From contig JAVZXS010000001.1 of assembly GCA_038886535.1 (NCBI GenBank), positions 96,001-160,000 of the forward strand: 64,000 nucleotides of DNA, in the 5' to 3' direction. Source of the DNA: Candidatus Micrarchaeia archaeon. Its GTDB lineage: Archaea; Micrarchaeota; Micrarchaeia; CABMEP01. How positions within the stretch are numbered: the stretch's first letter is position 1; each line of letters opens with the position of its first letter. The notes under the pieces were generated by a model. That model worked only from the letters and a program-made list of their open reading frames with translations. It was not told the DNA's origin and made no database searches. Positions 9,755 to 19,241 of the stretch are shown here, one piece after another. A program made the translations under genes and the position numbers.

Positions 9755-10504
9755 ATGTGTGAGATATGCAGCAAGCTGGATGATGAACATAGAAAAAGAG
9801 TGGATTCTATTTTCTCAAGAATTTCAGAGCGTATAAGTAATTCAAAGGAAAGCCAGGAATTCAAAGGAGTAGCATTTTCAACTCCAAACTTTCCAAAGCT
9901 ATATGGGATTTGGTTTGAACCAAGAATGCAACTTCAACTGCCATCAAATTTTTATCAGTCTGTTCTGGTAGACGGCCAGAAGCTAAGAAGCGATTGGACG
10001 TCTGGATGGTTAAGGGTTCTCTCATTCCATCAAGGTTCACTTTTTCTTCTTGCACATGGCTTTGTAAAGAAAGAAGATAAAGAATACAACTTATTTCTTT
10101 ATCAAGTAGAATTCAAGAAAGATGAGTATAAATCAGTTGTTACCGAAGGAAATAAAATTATTATAACAGTAGAAAACATTCAAAAAGAAGGAATAGATCT
10201 AATAAGTGGAAACCAGGTTTCTCATATGTTTTCATTTTCCTTCATCCACAATCCAACAGAAAAAGCGTTCGTCCCAAGAGAAAGGATCGAAAGCAGCGGT
10301 CTATTCAGATCAGTTTATCAGGGAAAAGTAGCTCCAAAACCGATCACATTTGATTGGTCCAATTATGTTATTACAGTTCCTCATTTCTCGTTTCATTCAA
10401 TCCTTCATCAGCGATACAAAGAATTTGGATTTGCATCTGCAATTGAAATGCAGCATAGAGTTACAGATGTATTAAAAGAGAGTTTATCTAATTTTGAAAA
10501 ATAG
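9755..10504 (+). CDS. hypothetical protein
   Basis: 249-aa ORF with genome-typical codon usage; begins MCEIC; no family recognised. Confidence 0.7.
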   Translation: MCEICSKLDDEHRKRVDSIFSRISERISNSKESQEFKGVAFSTPNFPKLYGIWFEPRMQLQLPSNFYQSVLVDGQKLRSDWTSGWLRVLSFHQGSLFLLAHGFVKKEDKEYNLFLYQVEFKKDEYKSVVTEGNKIIITVENIQKEGIDLISGNQVSHMFSFSFIHNPTEKAFVPRERIESSGLFRSVYQGKVAPKPITFDWSNYVITVPHFSFHSILHQRYKEFGFASAIEMQHRVTDVLKESLSNFEK

Positions 10505-10574
10505 CCCCGACCGGATTCGAACCGATGTCACGAGGTCCAGAGCCTCGTATCCTTGACCACTAGACGACGGGGCT
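10502..10574 (-). tRNA. tRNA-Gln(CTG)
   Basis: Cloverleaf AGCCCCG...CGAGG-CT-CTG-GA-CCTCG...GTTCGAATC...CGGGGCTA; A1-U72 pair typical of archaeal tRNA-Gln. Confidence 0.95.
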
Positions 10575-10629
10575 AAGTTAATTTAAATAAATCCTATTAA
10601 TAATAAAATAGTGTGCTGATTTAATAAAT

Positions 10630-10776
10630 TTATCTTAAACATGCAGGTTTTGGCCACTGCTTGCTATTCTTGTGATATCTGATGCATTCGCAGCATATTC
10701 CATGTCTCGGGCAGTCTGTTTCTGGACATGGACAATCCTTTTCATTTTCTTCTTTGTTTGGACACGGGCTTCTCAT
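10630..10776 (-). CDS. small Cys-rich protein (48 aa, DUF6485-like), not in the ORF track
   Basis: MRSPCPNKEENEKDCPCPETDCPRHGICCECIRYHKNSKQWPKPACLR; GGTG RBS upstream. Confidence 0.75.
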   Translation of the reverse strand: MRSPCPNKEENEKDCPCPETDCPRHGICCECIRYHKNSKQWPKPACLR

Positions 10777-10811
10777 AAAAACACCATTAATTATCCTAAC
10801 AGTATTAAAAA

Positions 10812-12284
10812 TTAATATTGTCTAGCAATATAAACTACATGTTTTGCAGGTTTTCCGCAAACCACACATTTCTTATTTCCAAAAGGCTCTTCAACTTTGC
10901 CTATAAGAGTTCCTCTTACCTTTCCACCTTTTGTTTCATATTGTATCATGTCTCCGCATTCTTTTCCATCAGAATCAATAGAACAGATATTGACTCTTGC
11001 ATATCCCTTATCTTTGTCAAGAATATTCTTAATTTCTTGGATATTTTCTGCATTTTTTATTTTCCCCTCTAATTTAGATATTGATTTCTGCTTTAATCTG
11101 TTTATCATCTGCTCCTTTTCTTCCTCTATAACTTTGATCAGATCTTTATCCTCTATTCTTTTTCTTGTTCTTTCATCTCTTGGAACAAGAGTGACAAATT
11201 TTTCATTAACTTCTTTTTCTCCGATCTCTATTCTGAAAGGCACTCCTCTAAGCTCCCAGTCGGCATATTTGTAACCTGGCGTTTTATCTCTTTCATCTAA
11301 TATTACTTTATATCCTTTCTTTTCTAGTTTCTTTTTAGTGTCTTTACATTTATTAATTATTAATTTATTGTCAATCCCGCTCTTTACTATAGGAACTATC
11401 ACTACATCTACTGGCGCTACAGAAGGAGGAATAACTAATCCTCTATTATCACCATGAATAGATATAATCGCAGCCATTATTCTCCATATTCCAGGCCCAT
11501 AACATGTTTGATAGGCATGGAGTTCGTTGTTATCCTTGTCTTTGAATTTGATATTGAATCCTTTTGCAAAATTCTGTCCAAGATAATGTGTGCTTGCAAT
11601 CTGAAGAGTCTTTCCATCTGGCAGCAGTACATCAGTTGCATAAGTGTGCTCTGCACCAGGGAAAGTATCCCATTTAGGTCTTTGGAAGAACATGCATTCT
11701 ATTCCCAGCTGTTCTTTAATAACCTTTGTTGATATCATCATATCTTTTATTATCTGTTCTCTTGCTTCTTTTTCTGTTGCAAATGCATCATGTGCCTCTA
11801 TCCAAAGAAATTCTCTTCCTCTAAAGAAAGGACTGGTTTCTGCCTCATTTCTAAAGACAGTGCAGCTCTGATACAATTTTATAGGAAGATCGGTATAATC
11901 TCTTATCCATAAAGAGTACATTTGATACATTGCAGTTTCACTTGTTGGTCTAAGCGCAAGCTTTCTGTTTAATTTTTCAGTACCTTTTTCAGTTATCCAA
12001 AATACATTAGGAACAAATCCTTCTGCATGCTCTTTTTCGATTTCAAAGTTCTCTTCAGGAATTACTGTAGGAAAGAGTGTTGGCTCATGACCATCTTTCT
12101 CAAGTTCTGCTTCAAATAAAGCATATAATTTTTTGAATATCCTCATTGCCCATGGCTTATGTACGATGAATCCCTGCACATTGTATCTATTGTCAACCAA
12201 ATCTGCTGCATAAATAACTGTATTATACCATTCACTGAAGTTCCTGTCCTTGTCTTTGTCAAATTCTCTTCCAGCCATTGCCAT
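10812..12284 (-). CDS. proS: prolyl-tRNA synthetase (archaeal/eukaryotic type)
   Basis: LRPTSET, FRNE...REFLWIEAH, THYLGQNF, C-terminal ARQY; start moved to ATG 12284 after an AGGTG RBS. Confidence 0.96.
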   Translation of the reverse strand: MAMAGREFDKDKDRNFSEWYNTVIYAADLVDNRYNVQGFIVHKPWAMRIFKKLYALFEAELEKDGHEPTLFPTVIPEENFEIEKEHAEGFVPNVFWITEKGTEKLNRKLALRPTSETAMYQMYSLWIRDYTDLPIKLYQSCTVFRNEAETSPFFRGREFLWIEAHDAFATEKEAREQIIKDMMISTKVIKEQLGIECMFFQRPKWDTFPGAEHTYATDVLLPDGKTLQIASTHYLGQNFAKGFNIKFKDKDNNELHAYQTCYGPGIWRIMAAIISIHGDNRGLVIPPSVAPVDVVIVPIVKSGIDNKLIINKCKDTKKKLEKKGYKVILDERDKTPGYKYADWELRGVPFRIEIGEKEVNEKFVTLVPRDERTRKRIEDKDLIKVIEEEKEQMINRLKQKSISKLEGKIKNAENIQEIKNILDKDKGYARVNICSIDSDGKECGDMIQYETKGGKVRGTLIGKVEEPFGNKKCVVCGKPAKHVVYIARQY

Positions 12285-12383
12285 GATAACACCTTTAAAA
12301 ACATAAGCATTAATATAATTAGTCAGAGAATATTTAAAAACAGTAATATAATAACCAATTATTTCGAGCAATGCGGTGGTCTT

Positions 12384-13667
12384 ATGGCGTATGAAGGATA
12401 TGTAGATTTGAAATATTCCCCATCCAAAGACGATTTAATATGCAGGTTTTATGTAGAGCCAAGATACGGAGTTTCGTTTGAGAGAGCAGCTAGTACAGTT
12501 GCGGCAGAATCAAGTATAGGAACATGGACAGATGTTCAGACTTCAAAGCCATACGTTAAAAAATTAGCAGCTTATGTTTTTCATTTAGATCCAAATTCAG
12601 GATATATTGATATAGCATATCCATTAGATGCATTTGAACCAAATAACATTCCTCAGATGCTTAGTAGCATTGCAGGAAACATATTTGGAATGAAGGAAGC
12701 AAACAATCTAAGACTTTATGATATAAAAATTCCAAAGAAAATGATGCAATGGTATGATGGACCAATGTTTGGTATACCTGGTGTTAGAAAATTACTCAAG
12801 GTTAAAACAAGACCTCTTCTTGGAACAATAATCAAGCCGAAAATGGGTTTAAATGTCAGGGATCATGCAAAGGTTGCTTATGAGGCATGGGTAGGCGGAT
12901 GTGATATAGTCAAGGATGACGAAAATTTAGCAAGTCAGAAATTCAATAATTTTGAAAAAAGGGTGAAAGAAACATTAAAGTTAAGAGACAAAGCAGAGAA
13001 AGAAACAGGCGAAAAGAAGATATATATGCCAAACATAACTGCTTCTGGAAAAGAAATGGAAAGAAGAGCAAAATTTGTAAAGGATCATGGTGGAGAATAT
13101 GCGATGGTTGATATAATTACTGTTGGGTGGAGCGCTTTGCAAGATTTGAGGGATTCAAATAACAAACTTAATTTAGTAATTCATGAACATAGAGCGGGCC
13201 ATGCTGCAATCACAAGAAATCCAAAGCACGGAATATCTATGCTTACAATAGCGAAACTTACAAGGATGCTTGGGTTTGATCAATTGCATGCAGGGACAAT
13301 AGTTGGAAAGATGGAAGGGGGATTGGAAGAGGTTCAAGATGTTGTAAGTGCGTTAAAAGAAAAGGTAACTCCTCCAAGGGAAAAAACATTCACATTAGGG
13401 CAGGATTGGTATGGTGTTAAACCTTGCTTCCCAGTTGCATCTGGAGGTCTTCATCCATTAATGTTTCCTGTAATTACAAAGTACTTAGGAAAAGACTTAA
13501 TCCTACAAGCTGGAGGAGGAATACATGGACACCCTCAAGGAACAAGAAGAGGAGCAACTGTTGCGAGAGCTGTATTAGAGGCAGTGGATCAAGGAATAGC
13601 GCTTGAGGATTCAAAGGATCCATTAATAAAGGAAGCAATCGAGATCTGGGGCAAACATAAGTTCTAA
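12384..13667 (+). CDS. rbcL: RuBisCO large subunit, form III
   Basis: AAESSIGTWT, GTIIKPK, DIVKDDE catalytic motif, HRAGH, GKMEG, PVASGG, QAGGGIHGHP; start moved to ATG 12384 after a GGTGG RBS. Confidence 0.95.
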   Translation: MAYEGYVDLKYSPSKDDLICRFYVEPRYGVSFERAASTVAAESSIGTWTDVQTSKPYVKKLAAYVFHLDPNSGYIDIAYPLDAFEPNNIPQMLSSIAGNIFGMKEANNLRLYDIKIPKKMMQWYDGPMFGIPGVRKLLKVKTRPLLGTIIKPKMGLNVRDHAKVAYEAWVGGCDIVKDDENLASQKFNNFEKRVKETLKLRDKAEKETGEKKIYMPNITASGKEMERRAKFVKDHGGEYAMVDIITVGWSALQDLRDSNNKLNLVIHEHRAGHAAITRNPKHGISMLTIAKLTRMLGFDQLHAGTIVGKMEGGLEEVQDVVSALKEKVTPPREKTFTLGQDWYGVKPCFPVASGGLHPLMFPVITKYLGKDLILQAGGGIHGHPQGTRRGATVARAVLEAVDQGIALEDSKDPLIKEAIEIWGKHKF

Positions 13668-13754
13668 GATTCTGTTATATATTTTTTGATTTTCAATTCT
13701 TTTATTATTTTTATAATTAGTTAGGTTTATATATTCCTTTTTTGTAGTTTAATT

Positions 13755-15296
13755 ATGGGAGAGATCGGATATAAGAGTCCATACGATGCAGTTGAAGCTT
13801 TCCAGCATAAAATAAATTTAGAATGGCCATTAACAAAGGCATTGATAGAAACAGGAAAGGAGCTTTATAATGAAGGATATTATTTTGTAAGCCATAAATA
13901 CATATTAAAAAACAATCTTCTTGTTTTAAACAGAAGCAATGGCGCCGAATCGAATTTCTTCCTTTTCATAAAAGCAAGAAGTAAGAGTGAACTTGATGTC
14001 TTTTTCAGCAATCCATCAAAAGACAAAAGTGTTAAAAGAGAAGATCTGATTCTTCATCATTCTGTAAAGTCATCAAATAATAAAGATGAAATCATTCAAG
14101 GTATTCGCAAAGTAATTGCAAAAATTAAAGCTTATTCTGAAATGAAGCCATTAAATGAATATTGGGGCAATCTACATTCACATATAGGCACTATTAATGG
14201 AGAAAGAGTCTGGGATGATGGAATAACAGAAGATGAAAACTGGTTCCTTCAATCAATGCTTTGGCATCATGATTTTCATGCATTAACATCACATAATTGG
14301 ACGCATAATGAGGAAAGATTAAAATTTATAGATGAGATGTGCTCTTCTGCAAATATTGTTTTTATTCCTGGTTGGGAAAATACTACAACAGTAAAAGACA
14401 GAGTGAAATCACCCCATATCTTGGTTCTATGTAAGAACATTCAAACAGCAATGAAGGCTAAGTATGAATTTCTCTCAAAGAAATTAGAAGGAAGAGAAGG
14501 CGTGGTGACACCAGTTCTCGTGGGGGTGCCAGGTCCTTATAAAAAACATTTACATTACCTCAAGTCTCTCCATGATAATCTTGAAGCTGCTTTGATTATA
14601 GCTCATCCATCCTCGCAAAATGCAGGAATAGATATATTAGATCCATCTATCTTTGAATTACTAGGAGAAAAAGAAACTCTGGAAATACTTTTCAATTTTG
14701 CAGATGGTATAGAACAATTCAATTTTCATGAAGTAAAATCAGGAATGGCAAGAAATCCAACAATAAGTAAATTTATACCTATAGAAGGAGAGAATAAACA
14801 TCCTCTTTCACATATGGTTGTTAATTACTTTGTAGGCGAACACGGAAAGAAAATAGGTTTGTTAACATTTGCAAACCAAGATGACCATTATCAACCAAAT
14901 ATAGATTCAGGCTTAATAAGTGATTATTCATATGGATACAATTCACTGGTTCTTAAAGTTGAAACATTCAAGCATTTCCAGACGCTTGGAAGGAAATTCA
15001 ATTCAGAAGAATTTATTCATGCTTTAATAAAAAGAAAAATGCCGAATTGCGAAGAGGAAATAGAAATAAAGCCAGTTGCATTTTTAGAAATTAGGGAAAA
15101 TAAAGACATTGATTTTTGGGAGAATAGAAAGAAATCAAATATTGAAAAAATAAAGGAATGGATAAATACACAGCCAGGATATTATTGGAATATAGCTAAG
15201 CTTCAACTTAAATATTGGTTTGGTAACAAGGAGCAGAAGAAAGAAATTATGAATGAATTAGAAAAGGCAAAATCATATAACGAATCTCCTAAATAA
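13755..15296 (+). CDS. PHP-superfamily metallophosphoesterase with unknown N-terminal domain
   Basis: NLHSH, DDG, LTSHN, IPGWE, HILVL, IAHP, DGIEQFN and QDDH occur in PHP motif order. Confidence 0.7.
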   Translation: MGEIGYKSPYDAVEAFQHKINLEWPLTKALIETGKELYNEGYYFVSHKYILKNNLLVLNRSNGAESNFFLFIKARSKSELDVFFSNPSKDKSVKREDLILHHSVKSSNNKDEIIQGIRKVIAKIKAYSEMKPLNEYWGNLHSHIGTINGERVWDDGITEDENWFLQSMLWHHDFHALTSHNWTHNEERLKFIDEMCSSANIVFIPGWENTTTVKDRVKSPHILVLCKNIQTAMKAKYEFLSKKLEGREGVVTPVLVGVPGPYKKHLHYLKSLHDNLEAALIIAHPSSQNAGIDILDPSIFELLGEKETLEILFNFADGIEQFNFHEVKSGMARNPTISKFIPIEGENKHPLSHMVVNYFVGEHGKKIGLLTFANQDDHYQPNIDSGLISDYSYGYNSLVLKVETFKHFQTLGRKFNSEEFIHALIKRKMPNCEEEIEIKPVAFLEIRENKDIDFWENRKKSNIEKIKEWINTQPGYYWNIAKLQLKYWFGNKEQKKEIMNELEKAKSYNESPK

Positions 15297-15411
15297 TTAA
15301 CAAAGACTACTGATTCAATGATACACATTTAAATCTTATTATTAAAATATAAACATTGTTATTTTAATCTTATATAGTCTATATACTGATTTTAATTCAA
15401 ATGGTGGGAGA

Positions 15412-16809
15412 TTGGATTATCCTGAAACAAGTAGAGAGATAAAGGTACCTACGAATCCAATAGATAAAGTTATAGGTCAAGATGAAGCAATAAAATATGT
15501 AAAGATCGCAGCATCTCAAAAAAGACATATTCTTTTAGTGGGAGCTCCAGGTACTGGAAAAAGCATGATTGCACAGGCAATGGCATCCCTTCTTCCAAAG
15601 CCTAATTATGAAATCTCTGTACTTGATAATCCAGAACATCCAGAAAGACCTATTCTAGAAGTTCGCTCAAGATTTGATATAGAACATGAAAAGAAAATTC
15701 CAAAACCGAAAATAGTAAAACCGGTGGACGTTCCAATTGTAGTAGCTGAAAGATTGGGTCTTAGATGCAAAAGATGTGGTTTTTTAAGCAAACCTGAGAT
15801 ATCCTCATGTCCAAACTGTGGTGCAGACAAATATAAAACTCATACTTCTCCATTTGATGATATTGTTTTCGGTGGTTCAGCTAGAGAAGATAAGGTTTTT
15901 TCTTCAGAATATATAAATGGTGTAGAACAAAAAGTAATGTACGAGTATAAAAAAGGAAACATCTACCTTTATGATGAAGAGGCGTTGGCAGCAAGAGAAC
16001 ATGCTACTGTTCAGAGGAATGTGATAGTTCCTTTAGAGAGATCTCTTTTTGTTCAGGCAACTGGAGCTTCTGAAACAGAGCTTCTCGGTGATGTTAGACA
16101 TGATCCCTATGGAGGGCATAGTGAGATAGGTACAAAGCCATTCAAAAGGGTGGTTCCAGGAGCAGTGCACGAGGCTCATGAAGGAGTTCTTTTTATAGAC
16201 GAACTTTCAAATTTAGGACATCTTCAGAGGTATCTTCTTACCGCAATGCAGGAAAAGAAGTTTCCAATAACAGGTAGGAATCCAACAAGTTCTGGAGCAT
16301 CTGTCAGAGTCGATAATGTTCCATGTGATTTTATTCTTGTCGGTGCGCTTAATTTTGCTGATGTAGGTACATTGCTTCCACCATTGCGTTCAAGGATTCT
16401 TGGAAACGGGTTTGAGGTTTTAATGAACACTGTAATGGAAGATAATGAGAAAAATGTAAAAAAACTCATGCAGTTCATAGCTCAAGAAATAATCGCAGAT
16501 GGAAGGATTCCTCATGCAAGTGCAAAAGCGATCGAAGCAATAATTAATGAAGCAAGAAGAAAAGCAAAGCTTTATGACAACAAGGAAGGATTGACATTAA
16601 GATTAAGAGACCTCTCTGGAATAATCAAGCTTGCAGGTGATTTTGCAGTAATTGACGGAGCTGAATTAATAGAAGAAAAACATGTTGCATTAGCAATAGA
16701 GAAAGCAAAACCAATTGAGCAGCAGATGCAAAAGAAGTATGGTTCAGTATGGAGAAGCAGTGCATCAGATTATGGCATCTCTAAGGCGCCAGATGAACAT
16801 ATATTCTAA
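15412..16809 (+). CDS. LonB-type AAA+ ATPase lacking the protease domain, with Zn-ribbon insert
   Basis: VIGQDEA, GAPGTGKS, LLGDVRHDPYGG, GAVHEAHEGVLFIDE, LRLRDL; CKRC..CPNC insert; ORF ends before any Ser-Lys protease domain. Confidence 0.85.
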   Translation: MDYPETSREIKVPTNPIDKVIGQDEAIKYVKIAASQKRHILLVGAPGTGKSMIAQAMASLLPKPNYEISVLDNPEHPERPILEVRSRFDIEHEKKIPKPKIVKPVDVPIVVAERLGLRCKRCGFLSKPEISSCPNCGADKYKTHTSPFDDIVFGGSAREDKVFSSEYINGVEQKVMYEYKKGNIYLYDEEALAAREHATVQRNVIVPLERSLFVQATGASETELLGDVRHDPYGGHSEIGTKPFKRVVPGAVHEAHEGVLFIDELSNLGHLQRYLLTAMQEKKFPITGRNPTSSGASVRVDNVPCDFILVGALNFADVGTLLPPLRSRILGNGFEVLMNTVMEDNEKNVKKLMQFIAQEIIADGRIPHASAKAIEAIINEARRKAKLYDNKEGLTLRLRDLSGIIKLAGDFAVIDGAELIEEKHVALAIEKAKPIEQQMQKKYGSVWRSSASDYGISKAPDEHIF

Positions 16810-16923
16810 AAGCATATTATAAAACATTTATATCACAACTAAAATAAGTATAAATAAGATTGTATTCTGGGATTACATTAAAATTAAATATCTTTTCGAC
16901 ATAATAATATTAAATTCTTTTTA

Positions 16924-16996
16924 GGCCCTGTAGTCGAATGGTTAAGACGCCACTCTGACACGGTGGAGATTCGGAGTTCGATTCTCCGCGGGGCCA
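16924..16996 (+). tRNA. tRNA-Val(GAC)
   Basis: GGCCCTG...CCACT-CT-GAC-AC-GGTGG...GTTCGATTC...CGGGGCCA. Confidence 0.95.
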
Positions 16997-17045
16997 CTTA
17001 ACTTTTTTATATTTAAAGGAAAATAGATCAAAAAATGGATTATAA

Positions 17046-18428
17046 TCAGATTTCACATTTTAGATTTTCTCTTCTAATTATTTCTCTCGCTGCAATCAAT
17101 CCCGTAACAGCAGCTGTAACTATTCCTCCACTTACCCCAGCTCCATCTCCTACAGTAAAGAGATTTTTGATCTGTTTACATTCCATATTTTTACTTATAT
17201 CTAATCTTACAGATTTGAACTTGATCTCAGGAGCATACAATAAGGTATGCTCTTGATTCACTCCAGGTATAACCCCAGAAAGCATGTCTAATCCCTCAAC
17301 TATGTCATTTACAATTCTTTCAGGCATTGCCATGCTTATATCTCCAGGAGTTACCTCTTTGTTTGTTGGTTCAACATAGCTCTTTTCAATTCTATCCCAA
17401 GTACTCCTTCTTCCTTTCTTGAGGTCGCCAAGTCTTTGAAGTATGGGTTTTCCACCACCGATTGTAGTTGCAAGCCTTGCAATGCTTTCTCCGTAGAGTG
17501 TTGTATTTTCAACCGGTTCTGTTAATTTCACTCTGACTAGAAATGCAAAATTAGTATTGTTTGATTTTTTATCCTTCATGCTATGGCCATTAACAGAGAC
17601 GAAGTCGCCATAGTTTTCAGTTATAACGAAGCCTTTAGGGTTGGTGCAAAAAGTTCTTACAAAATCATCATATTTTTTAGTAGTTATATGAAACTTAGGA
17701 TCCCAGTTTATTGAAGTAACCTCTTCCATAACTTCATTATTTACCTCAACCCTTACCCCAATATCCAAAGGACCATATTCATAATTTATTCTATATTTAT
17801 TTGCTAAATCAAGAAGCCATCTTGATCCAGCTCTTCCAGGCGCAAGTATTACGTAATCAGAATTAATCTCATATTCTTTATTGTTTTCAACTATCAATCC
17901 TTTTATTTTATTATCTTCTATTATCAAGTCTTTTGCCTTTGTTTTTATCTTTATTTCCACTCCATTATTTTCCATTTCTCTCTTTATATTTTGGACAACA
18001 GATGGAAGATGATCTGAGCCAACATGCTTTTGTTTTATAGGAATATACTTTATGCCTGCCTGCATAGCCTTTATCCTTAATTCCTCTGCCTTATGGTTTA
18101 CTTCTGCCTTAGTTTCCACTCCATTCTTAACCAAAACATTGTCTACATAAGCAATCAACTTTTCAGCATCGCTTCTGCTTGTGAATTCAAGCATGTTTCC
18201 TCCTATCTCTGGATCAAGGTTTATCTTTCCGTCAGAAAAAGTTCCGCTTCCACCCATTCCTTGAATATAATGTGGCGCTGCAGTAGATCCTCCATCTTTG
18301 ATCTTTTCAGATCTCTCTTTTATATCCTCTCCCATTTCAACCAAAACTACATTCATACCTGCTTTTCCTAAAAGATAGGATGCGAAAATTCCTGCTGGAC
18401 CAGCACCGACAACTATTACTTTCTTCAT
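17046..18428 (-). CDS. NAD(P)/FAD-dependent oxidoreductase (uncharacterised FAD-dependent dehydrogenase family)
   Basis: VVGAGPAG, GGSGTFSDGK, GVRVE, RTFCTNP, LYAPEIKF, GDGAG. Confidence 0.85.
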   Translation of the reverse strand: MKKVIVVGAGPAGIFASYLLGKAGMNVVLVEMGEDIKERSEKIKDGGSTAAPHYIQGMGGSGTFSDGKINLDPEIGGNMLEFTSRSDAEKLIAYVDNVLVKNGVETKAEVNHKAEELRIKAMQAGIKYIPIKQKHVGSDHLPSVVQNIKREMENNGVEIKIKTKAKDLIIEDNKIKGLIVENNKEYEINSDYVILAPGRAGSRWLLDLANKYRINYEYGPLDIGVRVEVNNEVMEEVTSINWDPKFHITTKKYDDFVRTFCTNPKGFVITENYGDFVSVNGHSMKDKKSNNTNFAFLVRVKLTEPVENTTLYGESIARLATTIGGGKPILQRLGDLKKGRRSTWDRIEKSYVEPTNKEVTPGDISMAMPERIVNDIVEGLDMLSGVIPGVNQEHTLLYAPEIKFKSVRLDISKNMECKQIKNLFTVGDGAGVSGGIVTAAVTGLIAAREIIRRENLKCEI

Positions 18429-18587
18429 AACTATCCAGTCATCATTTTTTACAAACATATTTTAATCTATCTAATCTTCACTGCGAATTTTTTCTCATTT
18501 TAATTTTAAATTGAGAAATAGTGATTCATTAGGTTCTAATATGATAATACTTTAAAATTTTATGTTCAATTTGTTTTTATTAAATTT

Positions 18588-19241
18588 TTGGTGATAAATT
18601 TGGAATCAATTTTCAATGATATAAAGAGAGGTAGACCTGTTCTTGTATATGAACCTGAAGAAGATGAATTTTCTATGATGATTTTGGCAAATAAAATGAA
18701 TATAAGTAAGATGCGTCTTATGAAGAAATACGCTTCTGGAGATATCGGAGTAGCTATATCTTATGAACTTGCCTCAAAAATAAAAATCCCATTTCTTCAT
18801 GAGTTAATTATTTCTCATAAAAAGAAAATTCCAAACATAAAAAAAAGCAGTTTATCTTTACTTATTGACCATGTTAAGGCGAAAACAGGATCATCAGATA
18901 AAGATAAATTATTATTAATTAAAGAAATAGCATCTGCTGCTAAGAGTAAAAATTATGAAAAATTTGTCAAAAATATTTACATTCCAGGTCATCTTAAATT
19001 TTTTATTGCAGCAAAAGGTCTTTTAGATTCAAGACAAGGTCATACAGAATTAAATGTAGCACTTGCTAGATTAAGTGGCCTTAAACCTCACGAAGTAGCA
19101 ATAGTAATGTGTTCTCTTCGAAATCCAAAAAATGGAAAAATGATTACTAAGAAAGACTTAAATAAATTTTCTGACTTAAAAAAATTGCCAATAATTGATA
19201 GAGATGTAATCTTAAGATATTGGAGAGAAGAGTATGGATAA
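18588..19241 (+). CDS. divergent archaeal-type RibB (DHBP synthase)-fold protein; start may be TTG 18600
   Basis: PVLVY, SSLSLLIDH..KTG, PGH and RQGHTE are retained; the acidic-loop Arg/Asp, the active-site Cys and the Glu of the CE motif are substituted. Confidence 0.75.
   Translation: MVINLESIFNDIKRGRPVLVYEPEEDEFSMMILANKMNISKMRLMKKYASGDIGVAISYELASKIKIPFLHELIISHKKKIPNIKKSSLSLLIDHVKAKTGSSDKDKLLLIKEIASAAKSKNYEKFVKNIYIPGHLKFFIAAKGLLDSRQGHTELNVALARLSGLKPHEVAIVMCSLRNPKNGKMITKKDLNKFSDLKKLPIIDRDVILRYWREEYG

Noticed and set aside
12159..12383. Overlapping N-terminal extensions of rbcL and proS in the ORF track
   Set aside because: RBS-supported starts at 12384 and 12284 leave a normal divergent promoter.
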